Assembly: GCA_900544895.1 (NCBI GenBank)
Contig: UQWZ01000006.1
Location: 41,613 to 105,612, forward strand
DNA from: an uncultured Collinsella sp.
GTDB taxonomy: Bacteria > Actinomycetota > Coriobacteriia > Coriobacteriales > Coriobacteriaceae
Direction: 5' to 3'
DNA: 64,000 nt
The translations under genes were made by a program, and so were the position numbers. Position 1 is the first letter of the stretch, and each line of letters starts with the position of its first letter. This document shows, one piece after another, positions 39,884 through 50,215 of this stretch. Below the pieces are notes generated by a model. That model saw nothing but the letters and a program-made list of their open reading frames with translations. It made no database searches and was not told the DNA's origin.

Positions 39884-42183
39884 GTGCGACCGAGCGAGAG
39901 CACGTGATACCTCCGCGGCCCCTGATTCCGTGGACGATGGCCCTGTGTGCCGGCATGTGCGTGAGCTGCGCCTTGGTGCTCAGCATAGCCGCTGATGCGC
40001 TGCTGAGGGAGCGGGCGACGGCGGTCGGGCCGCTATGGGCCATTCCCGTTGCGGCAGCGGTTTTCGTTGTGCTGGCTCACTCTTGTGCGAGGCTTGCCCC
40101 TTTGAAGCGGTGGCTGTATGCCGCGTCCGTCGGTCTCGTGGCGGGAGCGGTCGTCTCGGCGTGGTGGGCTGTGGGTGCGCTCAGCGCCTCGAGGGCGCTC
40201 GACGGTCGAGCGGCAAGCGGCCTCGAGTTTGTCGTGCAGGGTGATCCATCCATAAACGACGACGTGTATTCCTATACCTGCGAGGCACGCGCGGACGGTA
40301 AGAACTTGGCAACGGTTCGCCTATCGTGTGATCGTGAGCTCAAGGTCGGGGCGCACGTGCGTGTTATCGGTCGCGTTTCACGTTTTGAGAACGATGCATA
40401 TGGACGATCGCGCGTGCTCCGAGGCGAGGTGCGCAAGGCTAAAGCCGTTCGAGTCGTGTCGGTCGATGAGGGCTCTCCGGTGCCGCTGCTTCGGCTGAGA
40501 AATGGGCTGCTTGCGTCCATCGCGCCTGCGACCGACCCGGCGCGGGCGCTCATAGCCGGTGTCGCCTGCGGTCGTTCGGCCGAGCTGCGCGCCCAGCCGG
40601 CGGGCGACTGGTTTTCGGTGACGGGAACGGCGCATCTTATCGCCGTCTCGGGCAGCCATTTGGCTATCGTGGGGTTTGTAATCGAGGGTGTATTGCAAAA
40701 GACTCGGTGCTCACGTGGTCTTCAGCGGGCGATATTGGCGATAACGCTTGTCGGCTATGCTGCCTTTACGGGGGCGTCTCCCTCGGCCGTGCGTGCGTGC
40801 TGCATGGTGTTCGTGACGCTTGTCGTAAACGGCGCGGGGCGTCGTCGGCACGGCCTTTCGGCACTCTTCGTAACCATGTCCATCTTTGTGCTACTGCGGC
40901 CGACGGTGCTGTTCGAGATGGGCTTTCAACTCTCGTGTGCCAGCGTCTTAGCCATTCTGTGCTTTTGTCCCTATGCGACCTACGCTTTGGGTGAGCTAGG
41001 TGTGCCATCAGGCTTTGCCAGCGTGCTTTCCGTCACGCTGTGCTCACAACTGGCGACACTTCCCATTACCATTCCTGCCTTCGGTACATTCTCGCTCATT
41101 GCTCCGTTGGCAAATGCGGTCATCGGTCCGGTGGTGAGCGTACTGCTCGCTGTGTCGATCGTGCTGGCTCCCTTTTCGCTCGTGGGACCGTTGCGGACTT
41201 GGGCGCTCGTTGTGCCCATGATTGCCGCCCGTTGCGCGCTGTTCTTCGAGCAGCTGTTTGCCGCCGTGCCGGGTGCATACGTGAGCGTGCCGCCCGATAG
41301 CATGTGGATTTACCTAGTGCCGTGTTTTCTGGCGGTTCTGCTGGTCTGGTGGCCGCGTCCCCGTGCACGTCCTATGGCGGCGGGGCTTGCATGCCTGATG
41401 CTCTTGGCTGCGATTCCGTACGTCTATTGGGATCGATTCGCTCCGCCTTCGGTGACGGTGCTCGATGTGGGCCAGGCCGATGCGATTCTTATCCGCCAAG
41501 GCGGCGCAGTAGCTCTCGTCGACTGCGGGCTCGACGAGCGTGTGGTTGCGGCGTTGGTTCGCAATAACGTGCACCATATCGATGCCGTTTTTGTGACGCA
41601 TTGGGATGAGGACCACTGGGGTGGTTTGCCTGCCGTGCTCGAACAGTTTTCGGTCGGAACGATTGCCGTGGCGGCGGATGCGCTGGAGGATGCTCCTGCC
41701 GAGGTATTGAACCGACCTGGCGTGGAGTATCGGCAGGTGCGCCGTGGGGATACGGTCGACATCGGCTTATTTTGCGCTCGCGTGATGTGGCCATTCGAGT
41801 TCGTGGATGGCGAGGGAAATGAGGACTCGCTTGTCCTGCTGCTCTCTTATGTTCAGGAAGGCAAGGGCCTGCGAATACTTCTCACCGGTGATGCCGAGCT
41901 CGACCAAGAGCGGGAATTCGTGCAGGAGGTGGGGGATATCGATGTCCTTAAACTTGGGCATCACGGCTCCAAGGTTTCAGTCGATGGCGAGTTGCTGGAC
42001 GTCCTGAAGCCCGAGCTTTCCCTCGCAAGCGCCGGTGAGGGGAATCGATACGGCCATCCGTCCGATGCCTGTATCGATGCCGTTAAGGAAGCGGGTGGTG
42101 TGTTCGCGTGTACCATCGAACACGGCGACATTACCGTCACACCGACTGCGAATTGCTTTGCGATGCGATGCCAGCGACCGTGA
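39880..42183 (+). CDS. comEC: DNA internalization-related competence protein ComEC/Rec2
   Basis: Polytopic competence domain (HLIAVSGSHLAIV) plus a C-terminal metallo-beta-lactamase domain (VLDVGQADAILI, HWDEDH, LKLGHHGS). The ATG overlaps the comEA stop (ATGA). Confidence 0.9.
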   Translation: MSATEREHVIPPRPLIPWTMALCAGMCVSCALVLSIAADALLRERATAVGPLWAIPVAAAVFVVLAHSCARLAPLKRWLYAASVGLVAGAVVSAWWAVGALSASRALDGRAASGLEFVVQGDPSINDDVYSYTCEARADGKNLATVRLSCDRELKVGAHVRVIGRVSRFENDAYGRSRVLRGEVRKAKAVRVVSVDEGSPVPLLRLRNGLLASIAPATDPARALIAGVACGRSAELRAQPAGDWFSVTGTAHLIAVSGSHLAIVGFVIEGVLQKTRCSRGLQRAILAITLVGYAAFTGASPSAVRACCMVFVTLVVNGAGRRRHGLSALFVTMSIFVLLRPTVLFEMGFQLSCASVLAILCFCPYATYALGELGVPSGFASVLSVTLCSQLATLPITIPAFGTFSLIAPLANAVIGPVVSVLLAVSIVLAPFSLVGPLRTWALVVPMIAARCALFFEQLFAAVPGAYVSVPPDSMWIYLVPCFLAVLLVWWPRPRARPMAAGLACLMLLAAIPYVYWDRFAPPSVTVLDVGQADAILIRQGGAVALVDCGLDERVVAALVRNNVHHIDAVFVTHWDEDHWGGLPAVLEQFSVGTIAVAADALEDAPAEVLNRPGVEYRQVRRGDTVDIGLFCARVMWPFEFVDGEGNEDSLVLLLSYVQEGKGLRILLTGDAELDQEREFVQEVGDIDVLKLGHHGSKVSVDGELLDVLKPELSLASAGEGNRYGHPSDACIDAVKEAGGVFACTIEHGDITVTPTANCFAMRCQRP

Positions 42184-42261
42184 CGACGTCGTTGGCGTGT
42201 GGTGGGCCTCTGGGCTAGAATGGCACGGAACGAATACGAAGGCCTGCGGGAGGGGGGCGCA

Positions 42262-43224
42262 ATGTCCGAAACCGGTTTGCTGCCGGCATATCTGATCGTC
42301 GGTACCGACGGAGTTAAGCGCGACCACGCCGTCTCGCGTATGAAAGCGCGTCTGGAAAAATCGGGTATGGTCGAGTTCAACCTCGACGAGCGAGACATGA
42401 CCAAGGACCCCGATATCGAGTCCATTATCGGATCGCTTAACACCTTTCCGATGGGCAGTGAGTTTCGTCTGGTAATCCTCGATGGCTGCTCAAAGCTCGC
42501 CAAGGCGGTCTCGGAGCCGCTCGTTGGGTATCTGGCGAGTCCCAGCCCCACAACGGTCTGCCTCATCATCGCCGACTCACTTGCCAAGAATACGCGCCTG
42601 TATAAGGCAATCGCCAAGATCGACAAGAAGGCTATCGTCGATTGCTCGGGTACCAAGCGCTGGGAACTGCCGCGCCGTGTTCAGCAGATGGCGACGCAGC
42701 GCGGTAAGTCGATTTCGACGGCGGCCGCCGAGGAGCTCGTCTCGCGTTCGGGCGAAAACACGCGCATGCTCGATAACGACTTGGCTAAGCTTGCCCAGAT
42801 GGTCGAGTCGCCTCAGATTGAACTTGCCGATGTTGAGCGCTGGATTGTTCGTACGGCCGAGGTCCAACCCTGGGACTTCCTCAACGCCGTCTCGGCTCGC
42901 GATATGCGGCGTTCGCTCGAGCTCTTTAAGCTCCTGCCCTCCAAGAGCTACGTGTGGACTTACACATTGCTGTGCGGTCGCATTCGCGAGCTTATCGTCG
43001 CCAAGGCGCTCGACGCGCGTGGGCAGGGTCGCGAGCTGGCCGCAACGCTCAAGCTCCAGTCCTGGCAGGTCAAGAATCACCTGACCTGGGCACGTCGCTT
43101 TTCGATGGCAGAGCTCATCGCAGCGCTCGAGGGTGCGGTCGATGTGGAGCTCGCGCTCAAGGGTTCGGCCGATTCTCAGACGGCGCTTTTGCTCTGGATT
43201 ACGAACATCTTGAGAAAATCGTGA
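42262..43224 (+). CDS. holA: DNA polymerase III subunit delta
   Basis: About 320 aa, HolA-like (YLIVGTDGVKRD ... LDNDLAKL). Conserved comEC-holA synteny. ATG at 42262 after a G-rich RBS. Confidence 0.85.
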   Translation: MSETGLLPAYLIVGTDGVKRDHAVSRMKARLEKSGMVEFNLDERDMTKDPDIESIIGSLNTFPMGSEFRLVILDGCSKLAKAVSEPLVGYLASPSPTTVCLIIADSLAKNTRLYKAIAKIDKKAIVDCSGTKRWELPRRVQQMATQRGKSISTAAAEELVSRSGENTRMLDNDLAKLAQMVESPQIELADVERWIVRTAEVQPWDFLNAVSARDMRRSLELFKLLPSKSYVWTYTLLCGRIRELIVAKALDARGQGRELAATLKLQSWQVKNHLTWARRFSMAELIAALEGAVDVELALKGSADSQTALLLWITNILRKS

Positions 43225-43292
43225 TGATACCTGCCTATTTGACAAATTCGTTCTATCCCTTTGAGAGGGAGCGTGCTATAGTAGGCGCTTGC

Positions 43293-43330
43293 ATGACCTC
43301 ACCGTGTCTCAGAGGTGTCATACATTTTTT
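43293..43330 (+). terminator. terminator-like hairpin plus T6 immediately upstream of rpsT (holA terminator and/or rpsT leader attenuator)
   Basis: ATGACCTC / GAGGTGTCAT stem (8 bp with a 2-nt bulge), then ACA TTTTTT. It ends only 28 nt before the rpsT GTG. Confidence 0.45.
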
Positions 43331-43357
43331 GCAAGGAACTCGAAAGGAACTCCAGAA

Positions 43358-43624
43358 GTGGCAAACATCAAGTCTCAGAAGAAGCGTATCCGCACCAATG
43401 AGGCAGCTCGCATGCGTAACAAGGCTGTCAAGTCCGAGCTCAAGACGCTGACCAAGCACGTCCAGTCCGCCGTCGCCGAGGGCGACGCCGAGAAGGCCCA
43501 GGCTGCCCTCAAGACCGTCACCAAGCGTCTCGACATGGCTGCCGCCAAGCATGTTATCCACAAGAACCAGGCTTCCAACCGCAAGTCCGGTCTTGCCAAG
43601 CTCGTGAACAGCATCAACGCCTAA
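43358..43624 (+). CDS. rpsT: 30S ribosomal protein S20
   Basis: [23 protein letters not shown] is a classic S20 N-terminus. GTG start after an AAGGAA RBS; the ORF-track start at 43289 was rejected. Confidence 0.93.
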   Translation: MANIKSQKKRIRTNEAARMRNKAVKSELKTLTKHVQSAVAEGDAEKAQAALKTVTKRLDMAAAKHVIHKNQASNRKSGLAKLVNSINA

Positions 43625-43660
43625 GTTGTAAATTTCACACCACACAGATTACGCGCATAA

Positions 43661-43696
43661 ATGGAGCCTGTTTTATGGAACAGGCTCCATTTTTGT
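43661..43696 (+). terminator. intrinsic terminator after rpsT
   Basis: 12-bp perfect stem ATGGAGCCTGTT / AACAGGCTCCAT with a 6-nt loop, followed by TTTTT. Confidence 0.85.
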
Positions 43697-43719
43697 ACCG
43701 CTCGGGTAAGATAGTCCGC

Positions 43720-45531
43720 ATGAATACTTCAATTGACATTTCCCACATCCGCAACTTCTCGATCGTTGCGCATATCGACCATGGCAAGTCCACGATCAGC
43801 GACCGCATCCTCGAGCTCACCCATACCGTCGACGAACGCGATATGGAGTCGCAGCTGCTCGACACCATGGATATCGAGCGCGAGCGCGGCATTACGATCA
43901 AGTCCAATGCCGTCCGCGTTTCCTATGACGCCGACGATGGTGAGACGTATCAGTTCAATCTGATCGATACGCCGGGCCACGTTGACTTTACCTATGAGGT
44001 CTCGCGCTCGCTGGCAGCCTGTGAGGGCGCGGTACTCGTTGTCGACGCCACGCAGGGCGTCGAGGCGCAGACCGTTTCCAACGCGACGCTCGCCATGAAC
44101 GCCAATCTGGACATTGTGCCCGCCATCAACAAGATCGACCTGCCCTCGGCCCATCCCGACGAGGTTAAGACCGAGATCGAGGACGACCTGGCGATTCCCG
44201 CCGATGATGCCGTGTGCGTCTCGGGCAAGACCGGCGAGGGCATTCACGATCTGCTGGAGTCCATCGTCTTTTTGATTTCGCCGCCTAAGGGCGATGCAAA
44301 CGCTCCGCTCAAAGCGCTCATTTTGGATTCGTACTTTGACGAGTATCGCGGTGTGGTGGCTACGGTGCGCGTCTTCGATGGTTCCATCAAAAAGGGCGAT
44401 ACTCTGCTTATGATGCAGGCCAAGGGTGACTTTTTGGTCGACGGCGTGGGCGTCAAGCGTCCTGCCGAGACCCCGGTCGACGCGCTGACCGTCGGCGAGG
44501 TTGGCTATGTGGTCACGGGTCTGAAGGACCCCGAGGCTGTGCGCGTGGGCGATACCCTTACGTGGGCTTCGAACCCCTGCCCCGAGCCTCTGCCGGGCTA
44601 CCGCGAGGCCAAGCCCGTGGTCTACACGGGCCTGTTCCCGATCGACAACAAGGACTACGAGAACCTGCGTGACGCCCTCGATAAGCTGCACGTCAACGAC
44701 CCGTCGTTGGTGTGGGAGCCCGAGACGTCGGTGGCGCTCGGTTTCGGCTTCCGCGTGGGCTTCCTGGGCCTGCTGCACATGGAAGTCGTCAAGGAACGCC
44801 TGGAGCGCGAGTTCAACCTGGACCTCATTGCCACGAGTCCCTCGGTCGACTATCACGTCTACAAGACCGACGGCGAAATGATCGATGTCCGCAGTCCGCA
44901 GGACCTTCCCGAGGCCACGCGCATCGAACGTATCGAGGAACCCTACCTCAAGGCAAAGATCATCTGCCCGCCTGAGTACACGGGTGCCGTCATGCAGCTC
45001 GCCATCGAGCACCGCGGCGTCACAACCGACATGATCCACCTGACGAGCAAATCGGTCGAGATGCGCTTCGATATGCCGCTCGCTGAGCTCATCTTGGACT
45101 TCTTCGATCAGCTCAAGAGCCGCACCAAGGGTTACGCCTCGCTCGACTATGAGTTCAACGAATATCGCCCCTCTGAGCTCGTCAAGCTCGACATCCTGCT
45201 TTCGGGCGACGAGGTGGACGCGCTTTCGTTTATCGTCCATAAGGACAAGGCATATGGCCTGGCCCGTGGCCTGTGCGACAAGCTCAAGGAGATCATCCCG
45301 CGTCAGCTGTTCGAGGTGCCCATCCAGGGTGCTATCGGCAACAAGATCATCGCCCGTTCCACCGTCAAGGCGCGTCGCAAGGACGTTCTTGCTAAGTGCT
45401 ACGGCGGCGATATCTCGCGTAAGCGCAAGCTGCTCGAGAAGCAGAAAGAGGGCAAGAAGCGCATGAAGGCCATCGGATCGGTCGAGGTCCCGCAGGAGGC
45501 CTTTATGGCGATCCTCAAGGTGGACGAGTAG
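43720..45531 (+). CDS. lepA: translation elongation factor 4 (LepA)
   Basis: [17 protein letters not shown]1 motif, DTPGH, NKID, and the LepA-specific C-terminal domain. ATG at 43720. Confidence 0.95.
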   Translation: MNTSIDISHIRNFSIVAHIDHGKSTISDRILELTHTVDERDMESQLLDTMDIERERGITIKSNAVRVSYDADDGETYQFNLIDTPGHVDFTYEVSRSLAACEGAVLVVDATQGVEAQTVSNATLAMNANLDIVPAINKIDLPSAHPDEVKTEIEDDLAIPADDAVCVSGKTGEGIHDLLESIVFLISPPKGDANAPLKALILDSYFDEYRGVVATVRVFDGSIKKGDTLLMMQAKGDFLVDGVGVKRPAETPVDALTVGEVGYVVTGLKDPEAVRVGDTLTWASNPCPEPLPGYREAKPVVYTGLFPIDNKDYENLRDALDKLHVNDPSLVWEPETSVALGFGFRVGFLGLLHMEVVKERLEREFNLDLIATSPSVDYHVYKTDGEMIDVRSPQDLPEATRIERIEEPYLKAKIICPPEYTGAVMQLAIEHRGVTTDMIHLTSKSVEMRFDMPLAELILDFFDQLKSRTKGYASLDYEFNEYRPSELVKLDILLSGDEVDALSFIVHKDKAYGLARGLCDKLKEIIPRQLFEVPIQGAIGNKIIARSTVKARRKDVLAKCYGGDISRKRKLLEKQKEGKKRMKAIGSVEVPQEAFMAILKVDE

Positions 45532-45535
45532 GTCT

Positions 45536-46579
45536 ATGGCGCTTTCTGAATACAGCAAGCGGCTGCTGGGCGCCTATGCCGAGCAGCCGTTCCTTATGGC
45601 TCCCATGGCGGGCGTGACCGACCCTGCCTACCGTATCATGTGCCGCCGCCGCGGTGCCAACCTTGCCTACAGCGAGATGGTGAGCGTGGCGGGCCTTGCC
45701 TATGCCAGCAATAAGACGTGGCGCCTGGTGCTACCGGCCGACGAGGAGCAGCAGATTTGCGTGCAGCTCTTTGGCTCCAAACCCGATCAGTTTGCGAGCG
45801 CCGTCGCTGCCGTCGAGGAACGTGTGGGCGATCGCCTGTCGCTCATCGATATCAACATGGCATGTCCCGCCCGCAAGGTCGTTACCAAGGGCGAGGGCTC
45901 GGCGCTCATGCGCACGCCCGACCTGGCCGAGAAGATCGTCGAGGCCACGGTGGGCGCGGCGCACGTGCCCGTGACCGTCAAGATTCGCAAGGGCTTTTAT
46001 GCCGAGGACCGCAATGCCGCGACATTTGCCCAGATGCTTGAGAGTGCAGGGGCTGCCGCAGTCGCCGTGCATGGTCGTTGCGCCACGCAGCTCTACACGG
46101 GCCAGGCCGATTGGTCTGTCGTCGATGAGGTTGCCGACGCTGTCGAGATTCCCGTGATTGGTTCGGGCGATGTGTTCTCGGCCGAGGACGCTGCTGAGCA
46201 TCTGCACGGCTCGGGTGCCAGCGCGGTGTTTATCGCGCGCGGCATCTACGGCAATCCGTGGGTGTTCGGCGATGCCCGAGCCCTTGCACTCGATGGCACG
46301 CCGGTTCCTTCTCGCTCCTCGGTCGAGCGCCTGGAGGCTCTGCGCGAGCACCTGACGTTGACGCACGAGCTTCTGCCGCTCATGTCGCGTGCTCGCACGT
46401 ACGCAAGCTGGTACTTAAAGGGTATGCCCCATGCCGCCGCCTGGCGCGCTCAGGTGGTGCGTTGCTCTACGTACGAGGAGTTTATGGCGCTGGTCGATGA
46501 TATCGAGCGCGACGTGGTGGCCTGCGAGGCCGCGCTTGCCGCCGGCGAGTCGGTGCCTGCTCATCCGCTGGAGGCCTAA
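45536..46579 (+). CDS. tRNA-dihydrouridine synthase (Dus family)
   Basis: 347 aa TIM-barrel flavoenzyme with MAPMAGVTD, DINMACP and GSGDV motifs. Confidence 0.88.
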   Translation: MALSEYSKRLLGAYAEQPFLMAPMAGVTDPAYRIMCRRRGANLAYSEMVSVAGLAYASNKTWRLVLPADEEQQICVQLFGSKPDQFASAVAAVEERVGDRLSLIDINMACPARKVVTKGEGSALMRTPDLAEKIVEATVGAAHVPVTVKIRKGFYAEDRNAATFAQMLESAGAAAVAVHGRCATQLYTGQADWSVVDEVADAVEIPVIGSGDVFSAEDAAEHLHGSGASAVFIARGIYGNPWVFGDARALALDGTPVPSRSSVERLEALREHLTLTHELLPLMSRARTYASWYLKGMPHAAAWRAQVVRCSTYEEFMALVDDIERDVVACEAALAAGESVPAHPLEA

Positions 46580-46581
46580 CG

Positions 46582-47814
46582 GTGGCCGTTACCGCGCTGT
46601 ACGTGCACGTGCCGTTTTGCGCTCAAAAGTGCCGGTACTGCGACTTTGACTCGCGCAGCTTTGCTGCGTATGATTTGGATGCCGCGCTTGATTCCTATTT
46701 TGAGCAGTTGTATGCGCGCCTCGATTCCTTTGGCGACGCCGGGGCGCTTGCGCAGGTCTGCACGGTCTATACTGGCGGCGGCACGCCATCGCTGGCAGGG
46801 GAGCGCCTGGTGGAACTTGCCCGGCGTATCTCCATGTGGTGCAAACCCTTTGAATTTACTTGCGAAGCCAATCCTGAGTCCCTGACCGCTGAGCTCGCCA
46901 CCGCGCTTGCCGAGGCGGGTGTCACGCGCATCTCTCTGGGCGTGCAAACCCTCGACAATACCGAGCTGGCTGCTATTGGCCGCATTCACGATGCTAATCG
47001 CGCACTTGCGGCTATCGCGACGGTGAAGGACGCTGGCCTCGATGTGTCGTGCGACCTGATGTGCGGCCTTCCCGGGCAGACGGCCGCAAACTGGCGGAGC
47101 ACGCTCGATGGCGTGTTGGCGGCGGCGCCTCATCATGTGTCGGTCTACCCGCTCACGCTCGAGGAGGGGACGCCCCTTTACCGCATGGCGTGCCGTGACG
47201 AGTCGCTCGAGCCCGATGAGGATTTTCAGGCTTCGTGCATGGACGCGGCGCGTGAGCGCCTGGGTGCGGCCGGCTATCATCCGTATGAGGTGGCGAGCTA
47301 CGCGCTCGACGGCCATGAGTGCGCCCATAACATTGCCTACTGGACCGGACGGGGCTACCTGGGCCTGGGCCGTTCTGCCGCCGGTATGCTTGATACTGGG
47401 GATTTCGACCGTCTTGCAGGTTTGTTCCCCGGCGTGTCTGCTCGAGGCGACGCGTACCGTGTGCGTTTGGTTCAGCGCGACGATGACGCGACGTCGTTTG
47501 AGGCCGAATACCTGTCGCAGCGAGAGGCTGCGGCCGAAGACCTGATGCTCGCTTGTCGCATGACGCGCGGTATTGCGTCCGACCTGTTGGTTCGCGCGGC
47601 TCGTGTCATCCCGGCCGATGAGCTGACAGCCGCTTGTGATCGCGCGCTCGAATTGGGTCTTGCCACTTGGGTGCCCGAGACGCTCGGGGTCCATGAGGGA
47701 CCCTTTACTTCGGCAGATGTCGTCGCGGGCCATGTTCGAGCTCGTTTAGCACCGACACACCTGGGCTGGCTCGATGGAAATGTTCTGTTCGAGCTGTTTT
47801 GGGATCTAGCTTAG
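46582..47814 (+). CDS. hemW: radical SAM family heme chaperone HemW (HemN-like, oxygen-independent coproporphyrinogen oxidase family)
   Basis: YVHVPFCAQKCRYCDF CxxxCxxC motif and a HemN_C-like tail. lepA-...-hemW synteny. GTG start. Confidence 0.88.
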   Translation: MAVTALYVHVPFCAQKCRYCDFDSRSFAAYDLDAALDSYFEQLYARLDSFGDAGALAQVCTVYTGGGTPSLAGERLVELARRISMWCKPFEFTCEANPESLTAELATALAEAGVTRISLGVQTLDNTELAAIGRIHDANRALAAIATVKDAGLDVSCDLMCGLPGQTAANWRSTLDGVLAAAPHHVSVYPLTLEEGTPLYRMACRDESLEPDEDFQASCMDAARERLGAAGYHPYEVASYALDGHECAHNIAYWTGRGYLGLGRSAAGMLDTGDFDRLAGLFPGVSARGDAYRVRLVQRDDDATSFEAEYLSQREAAAEDLMLACRMTRGIASDLLVRAARVIPADELTAACDRALELGLATWVPETLGVHEGPFTSADVVAGHVRARLAPTHLGWLDGNVLFELFWDLA

Positions 47815-47872
47815 GCCGCTCGGGTAGAATTACCGGAATATATACGCTGCTGTGAGCAGGAGGTTGCCGCGC

Positions 47873-48976
47873 ATGGCGACGATGAACGAAAAAGATTACT
47901 ACGAGATTCTAGGTGTCTCCAAGGACGCCACCTCGCGTGATATTCAAAAGGCCTTCCAGCAAAAGGCCCGTAAGCTCCATCCGGACGTCAACAAAGAGCC
48001 GGATGCCGAGGAAAAGTTTAAAGAGGTTTCCGAGGCCTACGCCGTGCTTTCGGATGAGCAAAAACGTGCGCGCTACGATGCCATGCGTTCTGGCAATCCC
48101 TTTGCCGGTGCCCCTACGGCTTCGCCCTATGGTGGCGGCTATGCCGGCAACACGGGCTATGGCAATCCCTTTGAGGGCGGCTTTCCTTTTGGCGGTGCCT
48201 GGGGCCAGCAGCGTCGCGGCCAGGCTGCCTACAATCCCGAGAACGGCGCCAACGTGGTCGTCGATATCAAACTGGACGCCAAGGAGGCCAAGGACGGTGC
48301 CCGCAAGACCGTCCGCTATACGCGCTTCGATACCTGTGGTCACTGCGGCGGCTCGGGTTCTGTCTCCTCCGAGCATGCCCATACCTGCCCGAGCTGCGGT
48401 GGCCGCGGGCACATCGACGTCGACTTGTCCTTCCTGTTTGGTGCGGGCACGTTCCAGTCGGTCTGCCCCGAGTGCGGCGGTTCCGGTAAGGTCGTGGCCG
48501 ACCCCTGCCCCGATTGCGGTGGCAGCGGTCGTACTCGCGTAACCTCCGAGCAGACGATTGAGTTTCCTGCCGGCACGCACGATGGCGACGAGGTCCGCAT
48601 TAGCGGCATGGGTCACGCCGGCACTAACGGTGCCGCTGGCGGTGATCTAGTCGGCCGTGCCCATGTCGAGTCCGAGCGCTTGGAAGGCAAAGCTCGTACC
48701 GGTTTTTACCTGATGGGCATCGTGGCGCCGTTTTTGGTACTCTCGGCCATCTCGGGCGTGTTCTCGGCCTTTGCTGTGATGTGCTTTATTCCGTTTACCA
48801 TGGGCCTGTTCATGGTGCTTTCGGACGGCGTGCTTCATCGCAGCCTGCTGTGGTGGAAGCGCGGTGCGATGCAGTTTGCCAACGGTTTTGCCAATGGCTT
48901 CATGTTCGCGCTCGTGTCGGTTTGGTTCGCGAGCTGCTCGCAACGGGCCATGCTTTCGCCTTACGGAATGCAATAA
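47873..48976 (+). CDS. DnaJ-like co-chaperone paralog: J domain, G-rich linker and 4x CxxCxGxG zinc finger, with a hydrophobic (predicted membrane) C-terminus replacing the usual C-terminal domains
   Basis: DYYEILGV ... HPD ... [32 protein letters not shown]. From nt 48701 the sequence is [44 protein letters not shown] ... [17 protein letters not shown]. Confidence 0.8.
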   Translation: MATMNEKDYYEILGVSKDATSRDIQKAFQQKARKLHPDVNKEPDAEEKFKEVSEAYAVLSDEQKRARYDAMRSGNPFAGAPTASPYGGGYAGNTGYGNPFEGGFPFGGAWGQQRRGQAAYNPENGANVVVDIKLDAKEAKDGARKTVRYTRFDTCGHCGGSGSVSSEHAHTCPSCGGRGHIDVDLSFLFGAGTFQSVCPECGGSGKVVADPCPDCGGSGRTRVTSEQTIEFPAGTHDGDEVRISGMGHAGTNGAAGGDLVGRAHVESERLEGKARTGFYLMGIVAPFLVLSAISGVFSAFAVMCFIPFTMGLFMVLSDGVLHRSLLWWKRGAMQFANGFANGFMFALVSVWFASCSQRAMLSPYGMQ

Positions 48977-49057
48977 CATCAAACCCTCTGTTTGCGGTTG
49001 GCCCAGCTTGGGTATAGGACGCACTGTGACAATAATGAAAGTCGGAAGGATTCGGTC

Positions 49058-50206
49058 GTGTCGGAAAATAGGGATTACTACGAGGTACTTGGCGTCGACA
49101 AGGATGCCGACGCGCGGACGATTAAGCGCGCGTTTCTAAAGAAGGCCCGTACCGTACACCCGGACGTTTCGGACGACCCCGAGGCCGAGGCCAAGTTCAA
49201 GGAGCTCAACGAGGCCTATTCCGTTCTTTCCGATGAGCAGAAGCGTGCTAACTACGACCGTTACGGCACTGCCGACGGCCCTGGTGGTTCGGGCTACGTC
49301 GATATCAACGATATCTTTGGTGGTATGGGCATGGACGACTTGTTCTCGTCGTTTTTTGGCGGCGGTGCCGGCGGTGGCGCCCGCAGCCGTCGCGAGCGTC
49401 GTCGCGGTCGTGACATGGCCATCTCGCTTTCGGTGACGCTCGAGGAGGCGGCGCTCGGCTGCAAAAAGACAATCAGCTATGACCGCTTTGCTCCTTGCGA
49501 GGACTGCAATGGCACCGGTAGGGCAGAGGGCGCACAGGAAAAGCAGTGCGGCCGCTGCCACGGCACGGGCTATGTCACGACGGTTCAGCGATCGTTTTTG
49601 GGCCAGGTTCAGTCTTCCTCGCCTTGCCCCGACTGCCATGGCGAGGGCACGGTTATCGACCATCCCTGCGAGACCTGCGATGGTCAGGGCCGCACGCCTT
49701 CGCATGAAAAGATTGACATCGATATTCCCGCCGGCGTTTCGACCGGTCGACAGCTGCGTGTGAGCGGCTTTGGCGAGGCCGGTCTTCGCGGCGAGCCTTC
49801 GGGCGACTTGATTGTCAACGTGCGCGTTGCCGACCATGAGCGCTTTAAGCGCAACGGTGACGACCTGTACCTGGTGAGCGATATCTCGATTGCGCAGGCT
49901 GCGCTCGGCTGCGAGATCGATGTCGAGGGCATTATGCCCGACGAGGTCGTTAAGGTGTGCGTCCCCGCCGGCGCCCAGTACGGCGACACCGTGAGCGTCA
50001 ATAATTACGGCATGCCGCGCATTGGCGGTGGCGGTTCGCGTGGCCGCTTGATCGTGCAACTGCGCGTGGTCGTTCCCACCAATCTTTCCAATAAGCAGCG
50101 CGAGCTGCTCCGTGCTTTTGCCGATGAGATGGGCGATGACGTCGCTTCCGGTAAGAAGTCGGTGACCGACCGTATCAAGAGTGCCCTCGACGATATCCTC
50201 GATTAA
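49058..50206 (+). CDS. dnaJ: molecular chaperone DnaJ (full-length class I)
   Basis: J domain (DYYEVLGV, HPD), G/F region, 4 CxxCxGxG repeats, and complete C-terminal domains. GTG at 49058 lies 7 nt after GGAAGGA. Confidence 0.92.
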   Translation: MSENRDYYEVLGVDKDADARTIKRAFLKKARTVHPDVSDDPEAEAKFKELNEAYSVLSDEQKRANYDRYGTADGPGGSGYVDINDIFGGMGMDDLFSSFFGGGAGGGARSRRERRRGRDMAISLSVTLEEAALGCKKTISYDRFAPCEDCNGTGRAEGAQEKQCGRCHGTGYVTTVQRSFLGQVQSSSPCPDCHGEGTVIDHPCETCDGQGRTPSHEKIDIDIPAGVSTGRQLRVSGFGEAGLRGEPSGDLIVNVRVADHERFKRNGDDLYLVSDISIAQAALGCEIDVEGIMPDEVVKVCVPAGAQYGDTVSVNNYGMPRIGGGGSRGRLIVQLRVVVPTNLSNKQRELLRAFADEMGDDVASGKKSVTDRIKSALDDILD

Positions 50207-50215
50207 GGAGCCCGC

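Noticed and set aside
47815-47872. CIRCE (HrcA) or HAIR (HspR) operator upstream of the dnaJ pair.
   Set aside because: No TTAGCACTC-N9-GAGTGCTAA-like or CTTGAGT-N7-ACTCAAG-like inverted repeat is seen in this 58-nt spacer, nor upstream of the second dnaJ.
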